From an uncultured Actinomycetes bacterium (GTDB lineage Bacteria > Actinomycetota > UBA4738 > HRBIN12), in NCBI GenBank assembly GCA_963771385.1, contig CAVYTE010000012.1, forward strand, positions 145,877 to 209,876: a stretch of DNA of 64,000 nucleotides, in the 5' to 3' direction. Each line of letters begins with the position of its first letter. Position 1 is the first letter of the stretch. The translations under genes were made by a program, and so were the position numbers. This document shows positions 58,557-64,000 of the stretch, one piece after another. The notes beneath the pieces were generated by a model. The model was not told where the DNA came from, made no database searches, and saw only the letters and a list, made by a program, of their open reading frames with translations.

Positions 58557-59723
58557 CCGCCTGCTCCCTCGTCGTTCGCGAGGACGACGACCGCGCCCGA
58601 GGTCGACGGGACCGCGCGCGTCGACTGCGCGACCGCGACGTAGGTCTCGTCGACCTGGCGCTCGCCGGCCTCGCCGCGAAGCTGTTCGACGCACTCGAGG
58701 AGCCGGACGAGGCCGTTGGCCTCGAACAGGTTGCCCTGCCCGAGCGAGCCGCCGGACACGTTCACGGGGAGGTCGCCGCCCGGATCGAGCTCACCCTCTT
58801 CGAGCATCCCGGCCAGATCGCTCGCCGACGCGAGCCCGAGGGCCTCGACGTGCTGCAGCTCACGGTACGCGTACACGTCGTCCACCTCGACGAGGTCGAT
58901 CTCCTCCTGCGGATCGGCGATGTCGGCCTGCCGGTAGGCGGCGGCCGCGGCCGTCGTCACGAAGTCGGCCTCCCCCCACGCGCGGCTCTCCAGGGTCGGA
59001 CTGCCCGAGGCCCACCCGGCGCCCAGCAGCCACACCGGCCCCTCGGTGAGCTCGCGCACCCGGCCCTCGGCAGCCAGCACCACGACCACGCACCCGTCCG
59101 CGCGCCCCGCGACCTCGAGCTCCCGCAGGGGCCATGCGACCGGGGCCGAATCCTCGACGTCCTCGACCGCGAGCGTCGCCGGATACGCGGCCCGTGGGTT
59201 GTCGAGCGCGTTCGAGCGGTTCTTCGCGGCGACCATCGCCGTGTGCTCCTCGGACAGGCCGGTGCGCTCGAGGAACGCGAGCATGTCGAGCCCGGCGAGC
59301 GCCGTGCGTCGGGAACCGGAGCGGACGGTTCAGCACCGGGTCGAGCGCGAACGCCTCGATCCGTCCGAGCGTGCGGACGTCCGAGACCTTGCTGTGCGCC
59401 TCGACCGCGACGACCGACGCGAGCCCCGAACGGATCAGCATGAGTCCCGTCGCGACGCCGAAGAGCCCGTCGGCGGTCACGGTGTGCACCGGCCGCTGCA
59501 TCGCGCCGATCTGGTCGGGCACGTACTCGTCGAAGATCGACGTGCCCTCGAGCAGGTCTTCCGAACAGCACACGAACGAGTCGACGTCCTCGCGCGGGTC
59601 GACCCCGGCGTCGTGGTACGCGCGCTGGGCCGCCTCGAACATCAACTCCTTGTAGGAGACGCCGGCGGTGATCGGGGCGAACCCCGCGTGACCGACCCCC
59701 ACGACCGCGACCCTCGGCTCCAC
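58553..59723 (-). pseudogene. Second thiolase-fold protein lacking the nucleophilic Cys, one frameshift as sequenced
   Basis: ORF 58860..59723 (MEPRVAVVGVGHAGF..HTVTADGLFGVATGLMLIRSG) continues in ORF 58553..59284 (AAKNRSNALDNPRA..NVSGGSLGQGN). Break near 59300. Confidence 0.8.
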
Positions 59724-59768
59724 GGGGCCTATCCTCCCATCGGCCCCGTCTCCGTCGCCAACGCGGGA

Positions 59769-60929
59769 CTACGGAGCCGCCGGGGTGGCCGGGGCGGCGA
59801 TCCGGTCGACCACCCTGGCGGCCAGCGGGCCGGCGATCGCGAGGAGCAGCACGTAGGTGGCGGCGATCGGTCCGAGCTCCGGCTCGACGCCCTCGGCGAC
59901 GGCGAGCCCTGCGATCACGATCGAGAACTCTCCCCGTGGGATCAACGCCGTCCCGGCGCGCATCCGCCCGCGCCGCCCGAGCCCGGCCCGTCTCGCGCCG
60001 ATCCAGCCCGTCGCGTACTTCGTCGCCGCGCCGATGACGGCGAGCACGGTGGCCGGTCCCAACGACGATGGGATGGAGGCGGGGTCGACCTGGAAGCCGA
60101 AGAACACGAAGAACACGGCCGCGAAGACGGCGCGGAGCGGGCCGAGGAGCGCCCGACCGCGATCGGCCGAGGGGCCCGAGATCGCGATGCCCGCCAGGAA
60201 CGCCCCGACCGCGGCCGAGACGTTCAGGGCCTGGGTGCCTCCGGCCGTGAGCAACACGATCGCGAGGATGCCGAGCAGCAACGCCTCGTCCGAGTGGCTG
60301 AACACGGCACGGCTGATCGTGGGGCCGAAGCGACCCGCGATCCACAGCACCCCCACGACGACGAGCACGGCGATCGCGACCGACAAGCCCACCGACGCGG
60401 CACCGCCACCCACCAGCAGGACGGTGGCGAGGGGCAGGAACCCCGCCATCACCAGGTCCTCGATGACCAGCACCGCCAACACGAGCGGCGTCTCACGGTT
60501 GCCCAGCCACCCCAGGTCGTCGAGCGTTCGGGCGGCCACGCCCGACGAGGAGATGTACGTGACCCCACCCAGGAAGAACGACGGCACCGGGTCCCATCCG
60601 AGGAGCAGACCCCCGACGAACCCCGGCGTGAAGTTCAGCACGAGATCCACCACGCCGAGCACGGCGGTGGAACGCATCGAGTCGACGAGCTCGCGCGCCG
60701 AGTACTCGAGGCCGAGCGAGAACAGGAGCAGGATCAGTCCGATCTCCGCCCCGGCCTCGATGAACCGGTCGGCGGTCACGAGCGGGATCACACCACCGCT
60801 CCCGAACGCGAGGCCGGCAAGGAGGTAGAGCGGGATCGGCGAGAAGCCGAAGCGCGTGGCGAGGCGCGCGAGGACGGCAAGCAGCAGCACGACGCCGCCG
60901 AGCTCGAGCAGGAACAGCGAGTCCTCCAC
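59769..60929 (-). CDS. CPA2-family cation:proton antiporter (Kef/KhtU-like membrane subunit)
   Basis: Intact 386 aa and highly hydrophobic: LLLAVLARLATRFGFSPIPLYLLAGLAFG..LLLFSLGLEYS. Confidence 0.9.
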   Translation of the reverse strand: MEDSLFLLELGGVVLLLAVLARLATRFGFSPIPLYLLAGLAFGSGGVIPLVTADRFIEAGAEIGLILLLFSLGLEYSARELVDSMRSTAVLGVVDLVLNFTPGFVGGLLLGWDPVPSFFLGGVTYISSSGVAARTLDDLGWLGNRETPLVLAVLVIEDLVMAGFLPLATVLLVGGGAASVGLSVAIAVLVVVGVLWIAGRFGPTISRAVFSHSDEALLLGILAIVLLTAGGTQALNVSAAVGAFLAGIAISGPSADRGRALLGPLRAVFAAVFFVFFGFQVDPASIPSSLGPATVLAVIGAATKYATGWIGARRAGLGRRGRMRAGTALIPRGEFSIVIAGLAVAEGVEPELGPIAATYVLLLAIAGPLAARVVDRIAAPATPAAP

Positions 60930-60932
60930 CGC

Positions 60933-61418
60933 TCAGCCCGAGCGGAGCAGGATCGCGAGCTCTTCGATGCCGCGCGGGGTGCCGACCACGACGACGACGT
61001 CGCCGCCGTGGAGCTCGAACGCGGGGCCGGGCGCCGGATGCGCGCTCCCCTGCCGGATGACGGCGACGATCGACACGCCGGTTCGGGTCCGGGCGCCGGT
61101 GTCGCCGATCGTGCCGCCGTCGAACGGCGATCCGGCGTCGATCGGGAGCCGGTCCACGGCCAGCCCCTCGACGTCCCGCTCGAGCTCGGCGAGCTCCTTC
61201 GCGACCTGGGAGACGCCGAGGAGCTCCGCGAGCGTGCGCGCGTCCTCGGATCGGAGTCGGATCAGGTCGTGCGCCGTGTCCGGGTCGTCGGGCTCGTACA
61301 GGACGAGCTCTCGGACGCCGGTCCGGTGATGGATCACGCCGAGCCGGATGCCCTCCTGCGTGTCGAACTCGTATCGGACGCCGATACCGGGCAGCGGCGT
61401 CTCGTTGACGATCGCCAT
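60933..61418 (-). CDS. TrkA-C/RCK_C regulatory subunit of the antiporter (KhtT-like)
   Basis: ETPLPGIGVRYEF..GVIHHRTG N-terminal domain plus the C-terminal TrkA-C-like TGVSIVAVIRQG..GDVVVVVGT. Lies immediately upstream of the antiporter gene. Confidence 0.8.
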   Translation of the reverse strand: MAIVNETPLPGIGVRYEFDTQEGIRLGVIHHRTGVRELVLYEPDDPDTAHDLIRLRSEDARTLAELLGVSQVAKELAELERDVEGLAVDRLPIDAGSPFDGGTIGDTGARTRTGVSIVAVIRQGSAHPAPGPAFELHGGDVVVVVGTPRGIEELAILLRSG

Positions 61419-61475
61419 CGGCTCATCCTTCCACGCCGATCCTCGGCGAGCCCATCGCTCTTCGGACGCTCTGGC

Positions 61476-61718
61476 TCAGAGGTCCTCGAGCTGCCGCAGG
61501 AACGCCTCCTCGTCCAGCTCCGGCTCGGCGCTCCGACCGAACATCATCGGGGCGCCCACCATGACCAGCACGAAACCGAGTCCGACGTTGAACAGACCTC
61601 CGATCTCGATGACGCCGAGCGCGATCAGGACGAAGCCGATCGCGATCAACCCGTACCCGACGAGCTCCACCGCTCGGAGGCGTCTCGTCCGCGACTCGGA
61701 ACGATCCGAGGTGATCAC
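61476..61718 (-). CDS. 80-aa two-TM membrane protein, unknown function
   Basis: GTG 61718 at the 3' end of ORF 61476..62243: VELVGYGLIAIGFVLIALGVIEIGGLFNVGLGFVLVMVGAPMMF, then an acidic tail. Confidence 0.45.
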   Translation of the reverse strand: MITSDRSESRTRRLRAVELVGYGLIAIGFVLIALGVIEIGGLFNVGLGFVLVMVGAPMMFGRSAEPELDEEAFLRQLEDL

Positions 61719-61720
61719 GG

Positions 61721-61948
61721 CTAGGCCGGGAGACGCTCGAGCAGGCGATCGAGGAGCTCGATCGCTCGGACGGCATCGGTTCGATCCGGATCGCTGTCGA
61801 GTCCATCGGAGACCTGCCGGCGCGCGATCACCGCCGCCACGCGGCGTCCCCCGCTCGCGGTCTCGAGCTCTCGGATCGCCTCGTCCTCGTCGGACCCGGT
61901 TCGAGCGAGGATGAGCGCCTGCTCCCGGACGACATCTGCAGTGGTCAT
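61721..61948 (-). CDS. 75-aa hypothetical protein
   Basis: ATG 61948 preceded by GAAGGGAGAGG, in the 3' end of ORF 61721..62344. G/C-rich third positions. Confidence 0.45.
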   Translation of the reverse strand: MTTADVVREQALILARTGSDEDEAIRELETASGGRRVAAVIARRQVSDGLDSDPDRTDAVRAIELLDRLLERLPA

Positions 61949-62070
61949 GACCTCTCCCTTCGATGGCGCACGCCGGATCGACGGACCTGCGCGCCGATCC
62001 GACCCATGCGGCGGTCGGGTTGCGTGGGCGGACGAACGGCCTCGGGGACCGGTCGACGGGTGCCCGCGCC

Positions 62071-62430
62071 TCAGGCGCCAGGGATCGGCGGGCCTCGTTC
62101 GGCCAGGTCGTTGGCGAGGACATCCGTCGAACCGGCCGAGGCCGGACGCGGGATCTCGCCGGTGAACCATCGGGGCGGGTCGATGCCGGTTCCCGCCTCG
62201 GGCACCGCGTGCAACCCTCGGACCGTGTCGGTGCGCTTGCCACCCGGCCACACCTTCGGTCGATCCGGCGTCACGACCATCGGGGTCGTGAGCGAACCGA
62301 TCGAATCCGACGACGGATGGACGGAGGGCGTCGGGGAACGCCACCAGTCCGACGGCGAGGCAGCGATCCAGGGAAGGATGGCGATCGCGAGGAGGAAGAC
62401 CGCCGCACGCGGGACCGCGGTTCGGGTCAC
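62071..62430 (-). CDS. Secreted hypothetical protein
   Basis: Signal-peptide-like MTRTAVPRAAVFLLAIAILPWIAASPS. Third codon positions are almost all G/C. Confidence 0.5.
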   Translation of the reverse strand: MTRTAVPRAAVFLLAIAILPWIAASPSDWWRSPTPSVHPSSDSIGSLTTPMVVTPDRPKVWPGGKRTDTVRGLHAVPEAGTGIDPPRWFTGEIPRPASAGSTDVLANDLAERGPPIPGA

Positions 62431-62469
62431 GACACAGAGCCTAGGTGTGACGGCGACGAGCTCGCAACA

Positions 62470-63132
62470 TCAGCGGTCGCCCAGGACCCTCTTCTTCTGG
62501 TTCTGGAACTCGGCCTCGGTGAGGACGCCCCGGTCGCGGAGCTCCGCGAGCCGCTCGAGCTCGCCGGTGGTCGAGGCGGCGGCGGGTGTCGAGACGGGCG
62601 ATGCGGCCGCCTCGGCGGCGCGTCCTCCGCCGAACATGCGCTCCTTGTTCAGCTCGCCCTGGTGGTAGATCGTCTTCTGGACGTCCTCCGGGTTGCGGAT
62701 GTCGCCGAAGACCTGGCGCCCGAACTCGCTCGCCGACGAGATGATCAGGTCGCCCGCACCGATCATCCGCTCGAACACGCCCTGGTGGAACCGCACGTCG
62801 TTGATCGCCTCGAGCGGGATCTCCATCGAGCGCTTGGCGATCCACCCCTCTCGGTGGATCACGCGATCCGACGTGACCACGAAGTGCGACGTCGCCCAGG
62901 AGATGATGCCGCGGACCGAGTACATGATCAGGAGCACGACGGCCACGGCGGTCGCCCCCCACACGACGACGCTGCGTCCCGCCCCGTCGTCCGGCGCGTA
63001 GACGAGCGCGGCGATCAAGCCCCCGAGGACCAGCACCGCGACCACGACCGGGACGACGAGGGCGATCCAGTGCGGACGGAGCTCGAGGACGAGATCCTCG
63101 CCGTCGATCAATACCCTGCGCGGGAACGCCAC
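62470..63132 (-). CDS. Membrane bacterial-PH (YdbT/DUF304-like) domain protein with C-terminal SHOCT domain
   Basis: GTG 63132 in ORF 62470..63702. Two TM segments, then VVTSDRVIHREGWIAKRSMEIPLEAINDVRF, and C-terminal LERLAELRDRGVLTEAEFQNQKKRVL. Confidence 0.75.
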   Translation of the reverse strand: MAFPRRVLIDGEDLVLELRPHWIALVVPVVVAVLVLGGLIAALVYAPDDGAGRSVVVWGATAVAVVLLIMYSVRGIISWATSHFVVTSDRVIHREGWIAKRSMEIPLEAINDVRFHQGVFERMIGAGDLIISSASEFGRQVFGDIRNPEDVQKTIYHQGELNKERMFGGGRAAEAAASPVSTPAAASTTGELERLAELRDRGVLTEAEFQNQKKRVLGDR

Positions 63133-63164
63133 GGCCGAAATCCTACTCCAGCCTGCGCACCCGG

Positions 63165-63920
63165 CTATTCGAGGTGTCGCACCTCGCCGAAGCGCACGAC
63201 CCGCAGGCCGTCGTCGGTGCTGACGACCAGTCCGCCGAGCTCGTCGACGCCGACCGCTTCGCCGGCGACGACCGCACCGTCGGACGTCGTCGCATGGACG
63301 CGCATGCCGAGCGTCGCGCACACCTCCCGGTAGGCCGTGATGACCGCACCCGCGAACGCCGGATGCCCCGGCTCGTAGCCACGCGCGAACGCCGAGAGGA
63401 ACGCCTCGAGCAGCTCGTCCGCCTCGGCGTCGACCGCCCCGGCCTCCGGCACCTCCGGCGGCGGCTCGCGCAGGTTCACGCCGACCCCGATCACGACGTA
63501 CTCGAACCGCCCCTGCGCAACCCGCGACTCGGCCAGGATCCCGCCCGCCTTGCGACCGGCGACCAGGAGGTCGTTCGGCCACTTGCAGGCGGCCCGCTGG
63601 TCGGCGAGCTCGCGAGCGGCGTGCGCGAGGGCCGTCCCGGCGAGCAGGGTGAGCAGGCCTCCGGCTTCCGGCTCGAGCGACGGCCGCAGGACGAACGAGC
63701 ACATGAGCGCGCCGCCGGGCTCATCGCGCCACGGCCGGCCGAGGCGACCGCGGCCGGCCGTCTGATGTCCGGCGGCCACGAGCGACCATTCCGGCGCGCC
63801 CTCGGCCGCCAGCTCCAGGGCCGTCGCCTGGGTCGAGCCGGTAACCTCCTCGAACCGCACGGGGGCGCGCTGACCCGCTCGTTCGAGGGCTCGGACCAGG
63901 GCATCTTCGGAAAGCACCAA
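63165..63920 (-). CDS. birA: Biotin--[acetyl-CoA-carboxylase] ligase (group I, no HTH)
   Basis: HQTAGRGRLGRPW, KWPNDLL..GRKAGGILAE, and a C-terminal SH3-like tail. The start codon is TTG or GTG at 63920/63917. Confidence 0.9.
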   Translation of the reverse strand: MVLSEDALVRALERAGQRAPVRFEEVTGSTQATALELAAEGAPEWSLVAAGHQTAGRGRLGRPWRDEPGGALMCSFVLRPSLEPEAGGLLTLLAGTALAHAARELADQRAACKWPNDLLVAGRKAGGILAESRVAQGRFEYVVIGVGVNLREPPPEVPEAGAVDAEADELLEAFLSAFARGYEPGHPAFAGAVITAYREVCATLGMRVHATTSDGAVVAGEAVGVDELGGLVVSTDDGLRVVRFGEVRHLE

Positions 63921-64000
63921 CGGTTGACTCCCGTTCAGGGGTACCCGATTATCGGCTGCCGGAGCGCACCCCGAAAAACCGCCGGAGGCATGTGGCCAAA

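Noticed and set aside
63924-63953. TTGACT-N18-ATTATC as an outward-facing promoter at the right edge, and TTGACA (50366-50371, minus strand) upstream of the M23 peptidase gene
   Set aside because: Only hexamer resemblance supports them, with non-ideal spacing or weak -10 elements. That is not enough to report them as features.

Overview
Very GC-rich (roughly 70% by eye), gene-dense bacterial chromosomal segment with Actinomycetota hallmarks: LCP plus dTDP-rhamnose genes, an ECF sigma / RskA-type anti-sigma pair, acyl-CoA carboxylase beta plus epsilon subunits, and many GTG starts with GTGA/ATGA stop-start overlaps. I place about 61 protein-coding genes. I saw no rRNA, tRNA, CRISPR array, transposase or integrase. 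In order: a Tat-signal mini-protein; an rmlD-rmlB-GT4-rmlA-LCP cell-wall operon; an acyl-CoA synthetase; a degenerate REC-GGDEF protein; a sigma/anti-sigma pair; aconitase; a thioesterase; a lipoprotein; the 13.8-28.7 kb locus described next; acyl-CoA metabolism (ACADs, thiolase, ccr, epimerase, pccB plus epsilon); an FtsH paralogue; a Cas4-like nuclease; two glycosyltransferases; a CopC/CopD copper locus; an ABC binding protein; an M23 peptidase; a cyclase-AAA-TPR regulator; a TetR/cupin pair; a cluster of Cys-less thiolase-fold and DUF35 proteins; a CPA2 antiporter with KhtT; and birA. The most unusual part is 13.8-28.7 kb. There an archaeal-style nurA-herA-sbcD(mre11)-sbcC(rad50) operon is flanked by two versions of one uncharacterised module: a membrane sensor-like domain, a very long repeat-built coiled coil, and a histidine-less degenerate histidine-kinase domain. 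One version is a single 1,624-codon gene; the other is split into two adjacent genes. Major caveat: about 50 reading-frame breaks, grouped in blocks of a few kb, interrupt otherwise well-conserved genes. They look like indel errors, often in G/C runs, rather than real decay, so every pseudogene label here means interrupted as sequenced. All family calls rest on motif recognition by eye, with no database search.
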